Shown: positions 25,301 to 37,166 of the stretch, piece by piece
How positions within the stretch are numbered: the stretch's first letter is position 1
Layout: each line of letters opens with the position of its first letter
Assembly: GCA_958009085.1 (NCBI GenBank)
Contig: OY253672.1
Coordinates: 1,426,001 to 1,490,000 of the forward strand
Direction: 5' to 3'
Length of the DNA stretch: 64,000 nucleotides
DNA from: Protoeuglena noctilucae
Lineage: Eukaryota
Program-made: the position numbers and the translations under genes
The notes under the pieces: generated by a model
Told to the model about the DNA's origin: nothing
What the model saw: the letters and a program-made list of their open reading frames with translations, nothing else
Database searches by the model: none

Positions 25301-28300
25301 GACGCGGGGGTGCCGTTGGGGCCGGGGCGCGAGGAGAACCCCGAGGTATCGTCCGCGGACGGTCCGCCGGACTTCTGGAGGCAGCTGCAAGGGAGTGGCA
25401 TGGGGGGCGTGGGGCGTGGGGATCGTATGGGTCTGGCGAACGGGTATGGGCAGGACAGGGGGCCGTTGGCGGACGGGGCGGGCGGGAGAGATGCAGTCGG
25501 GGTGCGTTCGGGGGAGCTGTGGCGGGCAGAGGGGTCCCGGTCAGTGGGAGAGATGCCTGGGGTTGCTGGGAGGAGCATCAGTGAGGCGGAGGGCGGGCAT
25601 GGTGCACTGCACAGCGCGCTGCACAAGGCGTCGTCGTCGGTGCAGGAAACGCTGACGATAAACGGGCGTGGGGGAGGAGCGAGTGTGCAGGGGAGACCGC
25701 GGGCAGGGAGCGCGGGGGCAGCCGTGAGCGAGGGGCGCATGAGGGTCACGGGCCGGGGCAGGGTGGGGAGCGTCGCGAGCAGTTCGGACGGGAGAGGGAG
25801 CGCGGTTGGGCGCGTCGTTGCAGCCGGCGGCGGGTCGGGCGGAGTGACGCGCAGCCGCCCTTCCCGCCGCCTTGCATCGGCGCCGACGGACGGGGTGGCA
25901 GATGGCGCGGCTCTGTTTCAGGCCGCCATCGCCGGGGACATCAACAAGGTGGGACGCATGTGGACGATACATGGTTGGGAATCGCTGTTGCTGTGGCTTT
26001 TGCATCTGCGCGACCTGTGGGCCAGCGAGGGAGGGCACACCCTGGGGCCAGGCGTGGCGCGGATGCCGACTCGTCATCCCTGGCACAGATGGCCTCGTTA
26101 CATGCGCTCCCACGTCCACGCAGGTCAAGCGTCTGGTGCGGCAGGGCGTGAATGCGGATTGGCGGGACCCCGAGCATCGCACCACGGCCGTCCACTGTGC
26201 GGCGATGGGGGGCAGCGTGGCCGTGCTGCAGTTTTTGGTGGAGGTGTGCCGGGTGCCCGCGACCACGAAAGCCAAGGACGGCGCCAACGGTGAGGGGTCT
26301 GCGGTAGCGGGAAGTGGGGGGAATGACTGGGGCAAGGGGTACAGTGAAAGTGATTGAAGGGGAATCTCGTCTGTGCCCGTGGGACGGACCGTTTGACAAA
26401 TGACTGACTGACTGATTGACTGATGGTCACATTATACCGTCCCCTTGTTTCCTGCAGCCATGCACATGGCAGCGGCGGGGGGCAGCTCGGAAGCGGTGCG
26501 CTACCTACACCAGAACTGCCACTTGGACGTCAATTCCAAGGCAAGTGGACTAGTTTTATGTGTTTATATGTGTCATATGTACAGATGAGCAAGTCGATTA
26601 GTTCACATGTGTTCACATGTACAGAATGGCATGGCTACTGTTGCTGCACCCCGCAGGGTCCCCTGGGCTGCACGCCTCTCTTCTTCGCCCAGAGTGAGGA
26701 GGTGGCAGAGGCACTACTGAAGGCGGGGGCTGCGCTGGGACACCTGGACGAGGCGGGCAGGACGGGTGAGCAGCGAGGGCGCAGTTTCAACACATAGTAT
26801 ATACTATATGTCAATGTCTGGATGCGTGTTCACCTTCTACGCCTTTGCAATGCTTCACAAGCCTCGCATCCCACCGTTTGCAAGTTGCCATAAACACACC
26901 CACCCCTGCCGTCCCCTGTAAAGACCCTCTCGCAGCCCTGCAACCGTACACAACCCACCACCCCCTCCCTCCCCGCAGCCCTGCACGTCGCCGCGGCCGC
27001 CGGTCGCTCCGGCGCTCTCTCGGCCCTCCTGCGCCACGCCAGCGACCGAGAGGCCTGCGCCCGCGATGTCCTGACCCGCCGCAGCGTGCTGCACGTGGCC
27101 GTGGAGCAGGGCCAGTCCGCGTGTGTGGAGGCGGCGCTCGCGTCTCCGAGGGCCGCCGTCCTCGCCGCCTTGCCATTCCCATCGGACGCACCGCCCCTCC
27201 ACCACGCTGTGCTCACCAGCGACACGGGGCTCCTCGACGCTTTACTCCGCGCCGGGGCCGACCCCCGCGGCACCAATCGCGTGGGAATCGACGCACTGCA
27301 CCTCGCCCTGCGCCACGGCAAGCTCGGCATGGCCAGGCGAGCGACGGGCGGCAACGCGCGCGGTGTCTGCTGGGCTAAGCTCCACCACACTGTGCTCGCA
27401 GCCCCTTGCTCTCTTATCTCCCCGCATCCGCTCTGTCGTGACCGCTTTGGAAACGATCGTCCCACCCCTGCACACCCTGGCCCACCCCCGCAGCACGCTA
27501 CTGAGCCAATGCCCGAGCATCGACCCGAACCGACTGGACCCCCAGGGCCGGTGCCCGCTGATGCTGGCCGCCGAGAAGGGCTCCGTCGACATCATGATGC
27601 AGCTGGTCGAGCGAGGGGCGGACCCCAACGGCTGCCCCGTCCACCAGGGCCGGCTCCTGTACCCCACGCCGCTGCACGTCGCAGCCGAGGTGAGGCGCAC
27701 ACCGATGCGGTCACTTCCATCTTTCCATGGATCGCTTGTTGCGCCTGCCACCCCGCACCGGCAGTGGCACCAGGAGGAGCAGGAGGGGCTGAGGCAGAAC
27801 TAGCATGGCTGGCCCTCACGCCCCTTCCCCTTCCTCCCTGCCCCTCGCAGGCGGGGCAGCTCGAGGCGGCGGCCTTCCTGATCCGCGCGGGCGCCATCGT
27901 CCAGTCGCGGGACGTGCACGGCCGCACGCCCCTGCACGCGGCGGCGACGTGCGTGCAGGAGACGGGCGGCGCAATGATCCAGCTCCTGGTGCAGTGCGGG
28001 GCCAGCATGCGATCGCAGGACCACCAGAGGCGCACGCCTTTCCACGCCGGTGAGGGCGTGAGCAGAGCAGACAACTCGGCACGATCGGACCACTACCCTG
28101 CCAGCGTAACAGGGCGGTGTCGTGGTGTCGGTCACAGCGATTTACGGCGTCCACGTGTCACCCGCTCTGCGCTCTCTGTTCCCACTCTCTGTTCCCACGC
28201 TGTTCCAGCTCTCCGTCCCCACTCTCTGTCCCCACGTCTCTCCACCCGCAGCGTGCCTGGCGGGCAACCTCCCCGCGGTGTCGGTGATGCTGGAGGACAT

Positions 28301-30300
28301 CGGCATCGACGTGCACGTGAAGGACGAGCGGGGACCGACCCCACTGCACCTGGCCGTCGCCGAGGGCCACCTCGCTGTGGCGCAGTACCTGGTGGACAAC
28401 TCTGACACGTCGATTCTGGCGCAGGACAACGAGGGCGCCACGCCCCTGCAGGTGGCCGAGGCGGAGGCGTCGCGGCTCGCCGCCGACCGCCACGCCAAGG
28501 CCCTGCGAGTGCAGTCCTGCGTCAACTTCCTGAGGTGAGAGGGACCAGTGCTGAAACGATCGTGACGGTGCGTGGGAGTGGTGTGGGAGTGGTGTGGGAA
28601 GACCATACAGGCAGAGGCAGGCAGTGGATACACCCATCGCTCCCGTTCTACCCGCAGGGCTCTCTTCGGCGAGGCTCCCCGTCCCCGCGTCTTCGTGCCC
28701 CCTTCGCGCCATCTCCTCCAGCCCGGGTCTGCCACTGCTCCGGGGCAGCAGGACCGGGCCGCACACGCCGCGCAGGTGACGCCGCTTGGGGTGGACAGCG
28801 CTGCTTGCACTGAGCGACGCCGCTTGCACGGAGCGACGCCGCTTGCACGGAGCGACGCTGCTTGCATGAAGCGACGTTACTTGCACGGACCGACGCTGCT
28901 TAGGTGCAATGTCGCTGCATGCACGCAACCGTACCCGCTTGTCCCTCCCTCAGGCCCGCGCCACCCCCGTCCGTGTCCACCAGCCACGCCACCCCTCCAC
29001 GCCCGGCTCGCCGTTGGCGTCCGCGCCAGCCACGATGCTCCACTCCGCCCGGTCCTCGGGAGCCAGCACGCCCCTCGCGACCCGCGGGCCCTCGAACGAC
29101 GGCCGCACGAGCTTGCCAGGGCACTCGACCCAAACCCCACTCGAGCCGACTGGGTCAGGGACGGGCGTGTCATCGCCCCATTCGCCCACCGCGGGCGACG
29201 GTGGGGTTGTTTCACCAGAGCCGCTCGTCCGCAGCGACAGCCGAGGCGCCGAGCATTGCAGGGCGGGGTCTCTGGGTGGCCACGACGTCGATGCACAGCA
29301 GGGGAGGGGGCGCGGTGGGGACTCGCCGGGTGCAGACCGCGTTGTTGACCTCCAGGGTTCGAGTAAACGTCGCAGTCCGGCGTTGCTGCGGGTGGACCTC
29401 GCAGATGGCCGCCCCGCCTCTGCCCCGGCCAGCCCCACCGCCTGGGACCTGTCGGGAGCAGGAAAGGCCGAGGCTTCCGGGTCATCGACGCAAGGGCTGG
29501 GATCCGTGAGCAACTGGGCTGCGTTCGCTGCGTCTGGACGATCGTCTCCGCTGGGGCGAGGGGCCGCGTTGGCCTGGGCTGGTGAGCAGGGAGCCAAGCA
29601 CTCCTTGGTTGTTAGTAGTACTACCTAGTGTAGGCAGGGTAGGCGTGTCCTAGATTGCGGGCGCGAGATGCCAGGCGCAGTGTCATGGTATGTCATACAC
29701 ACAAACGTCGCCACCGCTCGCAGGCTCAGCAGCAGTCGCCCGGGCCTTCGCATCGGCTCCGAGCGCGGCGGCGACCTCCACGCCGTCCCGCGGGTCCTCC
29801 TCGGCAGGTCACGCGGACGCCATCAGCCCTCTCGTGTCCCCCAGTGTGGCCAGGACCTACAGCGCCTTTACGGTGGAGAGGGCGGGGGTGGCGTCACCCG
29901 CCGGCACGGGTAGCCGGCCGGGGTCGCGGGGGTGAGGGGCGCGACGCGGATCGCGGGCAGCGTTGTTTGATGCATCGCTTTCTCGCGCGTTGCCGTCACA
30001 GCTGCCCTGTCACGCGTTGCACGCGGCAGCGGCTGCAACGAGGCACCTGCGCACGCCAGTACCACTTGCAACGCTCTGACTGATGACAGCCCCTTTCGTC
30101 CCTTTCCGTCTCGCAGTGCCAGCGCCCACGGGAGCGGCGGCCTCACCCCGAGTGGGTTCCATTGCCTGGCGTGCTCTTGCCCCCCTCCGCCCGGCAAGGC
30201 GCCCGTGCGCTGCTCCCGGTGCCTCAAGGCTCGCTACTGCAGCCAGGACTGCCTGGAGGCGGACGGCAGGAGACACCGAGCCGAGTGCCGCATGCTGTGA
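22392..30300 (+). CDS. Large protein: Ser/Pro/Ala-rich disordered N-half, ankyrin repeats, C-terminal MYND zinc finger
   Basis: Ankyrin exons at ~25900-28535 (TTAVHCAA, GCTPLFFA, GRTPLHAAA, GPTPLHLAV, GATPLQVA). Final exon 30117-30300 encodes CLAC...RCSRCLKARYCSQDCLEADGRRHRAEC. Linkage of the N-terminal exons is inferred from splice phases. Confidence 0.75.
28801..28901. repeat. Intronic minisatellite, ~19-bp unit, about 5 copies
   Basis: Consensus ygcttgcacggagcgacgc repeated with divergence inside an intron of the ankyrin-MYND gene. Confidence 0.9.
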
Positions 30301-30518
30301 CGTGTTATGACGTGACCGTTTGGGGTTGACACCAGTACCGCTGCTAGTGAGGACCTGTGTCGGACACTTGATCAGACCCCCTTTCTCCCCATAGCGAGGC
30401 TCGCTGTCGACTTGGGATCGATTCAATATTCAGAGAGATCAGCAGCAGCTGGCCCCTGCGCCCTCTGGATAGCGTGCACTCCGCACTGTCAGCCCCAGGT
30501 CATGCACCCTATGCGCTG

Positions 30519-32931
30519 TCATGCGTACACGGGCCCGAACTGTGCGGCCCTCTTGGTCGGCCCCGCAGAGAGCCGCGTCTGCCTGGGAGGGTGCTTCGCT
30601 GGGTCCAGGTCATCCGAGTCATAGCCCTGGTCGTCCTCAGCCGGGGCGTTCGCGGGGCCACCCTGCCCGCCACCCTGCCCGCTGCCGCCCCCGCCTGGCC
30701 CTGCAAGCATCGAAGCACACTCGCAACCCTAACCCATGGCTAGCCAATAACGCGCTCTGTCGTCACCCGCATGCGATTGGGGTAAACAGCAACCACAGAG
30801 AGCCACCGGCAACTAGGCGCATGCCCATGCGGCTGCCCCTGCACTCGCCTTGCCCCGAGATGACCCACGCCGTGACATCGCTGCGAGATAGCCGCACGTC
30901 ACGGCCAAACTCCCACTTGCTCTGAGTGTTCCTGCGATGGACATGCCGAGGCACAGTGTACGTGAAGTGCTGAATGACAGCCGAAGAGAGAGTAAGTTCA
31001 CCACATAGGAACACCGCTTGTCCCAGACAGGCACGCCTGAACTCGGGCATCAGACACCACCTCACCCTTCCACCCATATCTCCACCATAGCGTCCGCCAT
31101 GCGCGGCGACGAGATTACGACCCCACTGTCGCTCATCACCACCGTGCCACCCGCGTTCAACACCCCCACCACGTTGTCCTGCAGCACGGGAGCCACGTCA
31201 CGCCGACGCCGACGCACGTACCCGTCCCGATGCTCCCCCCGCCGGTGCGCACCCCCCGCCAACGCATGCACCTCCCCGCCGTACCGGCCAACCACCACGG
31301 TACCCCCCGCCTCCGCCAGAAGCCCCCCCGCCTGCGTGTGCGCCTCGGTCGTGCGCCGGTTCTCCCCCTCCCGACCCCGCCCGTTGTGCGACACGCTCCC
31401 ACCCCTGCACAGCACGGAACGGCATGCAGACCTGTGACACCATCCCCAACCTCAGTGCCAGGGCCCGCCCTTGCGCCATGTCCAAGCGAGGCAGGTCCCG
31501 TTACACTCCATGTTGTGCATGACACGGCATGTCGTCTCACCGTATGAACACCTGCGCCTGGTTCCCCGCGACGGCCCCCGACACGCGGTTGCCGTCGATG
31601 CGAGCGCTCCTCCCCTGCACCGAGACCACCGTGCCCGCCCCGGACGCCACGATCCCGCAGCGGTTGCCCGAGACGAGGCAGTCGCGCATCACGAGCCTCG
31701 ACCGGTCCTCCACGAACACCCCCGCGTTGCCGCAGTCGGACACCTCGCACTCGACCATGGTCACTTGCGAGCCCCCCGTGATGCGAACGCCGTCGTAGTC
31801 GCTCCCCACGAACCGACACCGACGCAGCACCACGTTCGCGCTCCGGTCCACCGCCAGGAGCACCGCTCGGAACCCCCCGGCGCTCTTCAGGGTCAACCCC
31901 TCCAGCACCACCGTGTGACAGTCCCAGGGCACGGATGCCAGGGACGCGTCCAGGTGCGCATCCTTCGTCGACACTGCGGGACGCGGCGGTTAAGGAAACG
32001 GTTGGGGTAGCCGCTCTCCACCAACGATGCTCAGCCTCGCTCAAGGGGCCCATAGAGAGGCGTAGCATGGGTGGCGGTCTGCCAGTGTCTGGCACCGCAA
32101 CGTGAACCCCCCGCTCCAACCACGGGGGCATGGAGAGAGAGAAATGCAATCACACGCACCTTCCACGCCCGCGCGCCACCTCCGGTCGATGTCTGCTGGT
32201 GGCCGCTCCCCGCCCCAGTCGAGCGTGCCGTGCCGCAGAAAGACCTGGCGCGTCAACACCAGGCGCTCCGTGTTGGCCGCGAGCTCGGCCATGTCGTAGG
32301 TGGCGGAGGCCAGGTCGACGCGGGCCGACTCGGGGAGATCGCAGATGGCATCAAAAAGCTCCAAAGCCGCTCGGCTCGGGTCACCTGGGGTGGTCGCGAC
32401 GAGGCGGAAGCCCCGGGTGGAGCGGGAGAAGGCACGGGGGTCGCGGTAGAAGAGGCAGCAGCCGGGGCAGCAGCACCCGCAGCACGCGCAGCATGCTTCC
32501 AGGCAGAAGCAGCCCAGCACGCGAGCCCACCAGGGGCGCGGGGCGCACCCCCGGCAGCAGGCGTCGGGGCGGTAGCGGTTGCGCTGCGAGACGGGCTCGC
32601 GCACGACCTGGGTGGACCGGCGAGGGCGGGCGGCGGGGTCGGGGCAGCCGTGGCGGGCGCCGGGCGCGGATGCTTCAGCTGTGGCGACGCACCTTGCTTC
32701 TTCGACACCCGCACGAGCGCTGCCGAGGTTTTTTCGACCCAGTGCGAGGGCCTGCCTCCTTCTCTTCGTCCTCGATTCCGGCTCTCGCAGATCGGGCAGG
32801 CCGCGCGCGCTCGCGGCTCGTGCTGCGCTCGCGGCTCTGTGCGCGACCCCCTGCCTCGGCATCCACACGCACTGCCGCGGACGAGACGGCGTCCCCATGT
32901 CGAGTATCGGATTCCTCATGGTCGCGACCAT
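30519..32931 (-). CDS. Second right-handed beta-helix protein, with an N-terminal cysteine cluster
   Basis: Beta-helix turns (GVRITGGSQVTMVECEVSDCGNAGVFVEDRSRLVMRDCLVSGNRCGIVASG) and CFCLEACCACCGCCCPGCC upstream. Downstream exons join in phase, including a GC donor at 30847-30848. Start uncertain. Confidence 0.75.
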
Positions 32932-33657
32932 TCATCCGCCCGCCTGCCTCGTCTTCCCCTGCGCGCATCGGGACAAACACTTGATTGAGTAAGGTGCTTG
33001 GCCCCGCGAGAATCCTTCGAGAAATGGCAGCCGGAAATGCAAGAGCACGAAGTACATGCACGGTAACAGTCCGTCGCCGGCCGGCGCAGGCTGGGTGCCT
33101 CCCATCGTCGCCCAAATGGGTACCACGACGTACGCTGGGCGGGTTTTCCGACCAGGGCGATTCCCGCGCGCTGCAAGGGCCGTGCACACACTCACCCCGC
33201 GATGTTGACGTCCCATTCGCCTCCCGATCCCTCGCTGCTCCTCGCTTCAAGCGCATCGGACGCGGGTGCGACCCCAGGCGCGATAAACGAGTGCAAACGT
33301 AGGCCGATGGCCGCAGCTGAGCATAAGCGTGGCGATGGAATCGGGATGGGCGGCCGTCTTCGACGGCGAGCAAAATTGCCAGTGCCCTGGTCCGACTGCT
33401 CTGACGGCCTCGTGTCTCGTCCCTCCGGCGGCTCCCGTCCGCATGGCCAGTACTGATATGCTTGATTGACTCATCCCACGACTCTGTCCTTCGCTCTCCT
33501 CGATCGTGGTCCACCACAGTCGCTCCCCGCAGCAGAGTCCTGAGGCTCGCAGGCCGACCAGGCATTTTACCGTCTCTTTTGATCGCGGCAGGGACCAGGG
33601 TGGGGTTGCGGACGGGCAGGACCCTTGGCTACCTCGCGCTGCGCGGGGTCCAGCGCC

Positions 33658-36563
33658 ATGCCAAGTCGGCTCCCTTGCTCCCGGTTGAAGCTCGACGAGC
33701 TCTTCATCCATTGGCTCCTGCTACCAGGTGATTCCACGTACCCGGCTGGTCCACGATAGGTGGATTTCGCCGGGCCCCGGCGCGGCGATACGGGAGCACA
33801 GTGGAGAGCACCTAGGTTCGCACTCGTCAATGCCGCAGCGGCAGCCTCGCCAGCCACTGGCGCGTCCGCGGCCACCGAGAACCTGTATTTTGCACATGGT
33901 TTCGTTGCGATGGAGCCCGGGCCCCGCCCACGTCTCCGCCAGCAAGGGTGGTCGCGGGCCGCCGCGCTCGCTTGGCCCCGGGCCTGCCGCGTGCAGGCGT
34001 GGGGCGAGCTGCATGCTTTCTTCGATAATGCGGGGGGCTCGCGGGCGCTCGGGGACCCGCGGCCCTCTATCGGAGCTGGTTTGGGTCCAGGCCTCAAAAT
34101 ACTCTTTGACGACCCCGCGCCTCCGCGGCCCCTGCTGTTGGTTCTCCCCAGTTGCTGCACTCGCCCCGCGTCCGCGATGCCCCACCCGGCGCCTGCGCGC
34201 TGCCTGACGGGGGGGCGATGTTGCTCCGCGACGTCGCACAGCGTGCCACGCCGGCCGCCCTCGGCGGACCGGATTCCGGCCCTTCGACGCCGCCTTCGCT
34301 GCTTCATGCCAACATGCTCCCTCCACGCTCCCCGCAGAATCCCAGCGGCTCGCCTACTCGCTGATCCAGGATGCCAAGGCCAACAAGCCCCTTCAGGGGC
34401 CGCAGGGGGAGTCTCAGCAGAGGTGAGGCCGCGCGAAGCAAGGACCGGCGCCATGGATCGTCAAACGTCGTGGTGGGGACCTTGCGCCGACGGCCTGCGC
34501 CGTGGCTGCCCGCAGGGACAAGTCGGGAGCGAGGGCGGAGACTTCCCACACTCCGCCGCTGTCGCCGGGGAAGATCGACACACGTTTGACGGTGAGCAGG
34601 GACATGTTTGTCGACCTCGACGCGGCGCGGGCCCAGGGCGTTCTCAACAACGCTGCTAGCCGGCTCAAATCGTCACTGCGCGACGTTGGTGACGCCGAGC
34701 GCCGTTCCCCCACCGCAGGCGTCGCTGCGCAAGACGGCGACGCTGGAGAACGCGCGGAGCTTCGTGTCGGGCCGGGAGACGATCCCTCAGTTCTACTTCC
34801 CCAACGGGAAGCCGCCCACGGCCGAGGAGTTGGAGGCTGCCAGGAAGGCCAAGGGCGAGGCCTTTAGCAAGCAGCCCAAGGGTCTGCCTTCAGGTGACGC
34901 TGGGCTGTTGAGGAGCCCGTCTTGCAGGCCGCCCTGGCGAGCGACGGCGAACGCGACGTCCCGTGCCCCGCGCCCGCAGCGGCGTTTGTGGAGATGGTCA
35001 AAGCCGTGCTGGGCCTGCCGTCATGCGTGGGGTACGTGCTCTTCGACAAGCTGGCGCCCGTGGGCCGGGACGTGGTGACGCTGGAGGAGTGGGAGCGGTG
35101 GGTGGGCGAGACGGGCGTGATGGGGATGGCGAGGGAGACGCGCCTCTTCCACGCCCTACGCAAGGGCGACAAGGGCATCACGAAGGCGGACCTGGAGCCC
35201 ATGGTGCGCGCCGTGATCAACACGCACCCGGGCCTGGAGTTCCTGAAGGAGACGCCAGAGTTCCAGGACCGATATCAGGAGACGGTCATCCACCGCATCT
35301 TCTACCTGGTCAACCGGTCGGACAGCGGTGAGTGGGCGTGGGGATGCGGATGTCGCGAGGTTGGGCGTCGTGGGGCCCACTGGCTCGCCTGTCGGTGCGG
35401 GGGCGCCACAGTTGCTTTGCCCCAGCACGTTGGTTGTTGTCGAACATGCCGTCCTCGTCCGCGGCGTCGCAGGGGAGATCAGCTTGCGCGAGCTGCGGAT
35501 GGGGGAGTTGCTGGACGCGCTGCAGCACCTGGATGACGAGGACGACATCAACAAGGTGCTGCGCTTCTTCAGTTACGAGCACTTCTACGTCGTGTACTGC
35601 AAGTTCTGGGAGCTCGACACGGACCATGACTTCATGATCGACAAGGAGGACCTCTTGAGGTGGGTCGAGGTGGCTGTCTGTATCTGTTGCTGTGGCGTCG
35701 GGAGTGGAGGAGCGGTGGTGGGTATGCTATGTCTGTCGCGGTTGGGTGCAGACCGGCTGCAGAGGCCGCGACATCGACTCATGTGCTCTCCGCAGGTACG
35801 GCAACCACGCGCTGACGTACCGGATCGTGGACCGCATCTTTGCCCAGGTCCCGCGCAAGTTCAAATGCAAGGAGCCAGGCAAGATGGGGTACGAGGACTT
35901 TTGCTGGTTCATTTTCTCGGAGGAGGACAAGACCACGGACGTGGCCCTCAGCTACTGGTTCAAGGCGAGTGAAGCATGAGCGCGACTGCTTTGGGGGCGA
36001 AGGAACGAGGGCGGGCGTCCGCCTGGCCTGGTGCCCCGTTAGTCGGCGCGCTGCCTGCAGCATTGGACCTGTAAGCATCTGTACGATTAGAGGACACCTG
36101 TGGGGCACCCCCGACAGAGCCGGTTCTATGGCACCCCCCGTCACCGCAGTGCGTGGACTTGGACTGTGACGGCATGATCCGTCCCGACGAGATGCTCTTT
36201 TTCTACGAGGAGCAGCTGCACCGCATGGAGAGCTTGATCCACGAGCCGGTACTGTTCGAGGACATCGTGTGCCAGCTCACGGACATGCTTCACCCGGAGC
36301 GGGAGGGCGTCTTCACGATGCGGGACCTCAAGCGGGAGCGGCTGCTGGCCGGCATCCTCTTCAACTGCCTCTTCAACATCAACAAGTTCGTCGCTTTCGA
36401 GACGAGGGACCCCTTCCTGGCCCGCCAGGTTGAGCCGGACGGCACGCAGCTCTCGCCGTGGGAAAAGTTCGCACAAGCGGAGTACGTCAGGCTGGCGCTC
36501 GAGGAGGACGAGGCAGGGGCCGCGGAGGACGGCATGGGGGAGCCCTTCGACCCCAATTTCTGA
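33658..36563 (+). CDS. Protein phosphatase 2A regulatory subunit B'' (PR72 family, EF-hand)
   Basis: First exon [28 protein letters not shown], then [49 protein letters not shown] and WEKFAQAEY. Confidence 0.95.
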
Positions 36564-37166
36564 TGGGTCGGTACACACGGGGGCTGGGGGAGTGGGCCGG
36601 TCCCGACTTTTGATGGGCCGACATACACGGGGGCTGGCGTGGGGGAGCTGGTTGGCCCCAACTCCTGATGTGACGTGGGGGATGAAATAGTACAGGAGAG
36701 TTTCGTCTGACGGCGTCCTTTCCTTGTCTGGGCCTGCTTTGATGGCCCCATAGAGTCACTCGACAGATCTGAGAGGCAGGGTAGCGTTGCCTTGGGCGCA
36801 GTGTCGCCCTGCGCAGCGGTCATAGCGTCTTCCCTAGAGACGCTTGAAGACGAAACACGGTGACGGGTGCTTGCTTGCTGCACCATAACCCACCTTTTGT
36901 GGCCGCTGCAGCACTCGAACCGCATCATGCCAGCCTGCCAGAGTCTGGCATCCTGTGCCAGCGACGCCTGGCGGGTCATTGTACGAAATCCGTGGTAATT
37001 CCGGACAGAGAAGCAAGCCTGGGACTGGGAGCCCGTGAAAGGCCCGTAGATGGCCGTGCCTGTCCTTGGCCGGTCACGAGTCCTGCTCAACCACAGCCCC
37101 TTAAGCTCCATCACCGCCGCCCGGCGGACGAGACAATTCAGGTGTCCTTGCTCCTGGACTCGGGCT

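Noticed and set aside
26401..26423. (TGAC)n microsatellite, plus other short degenerate repeats at ~14994-15019 and ~28172-28235
   Set aside because: Ordinary slippage repeats in non-coding sequence.
28801..28901. Repeat array as CRISPR-like
   Set aside because: The units are contiguous with no unique spacers, there are no cas genes, and the context is a eukaryotic intron.
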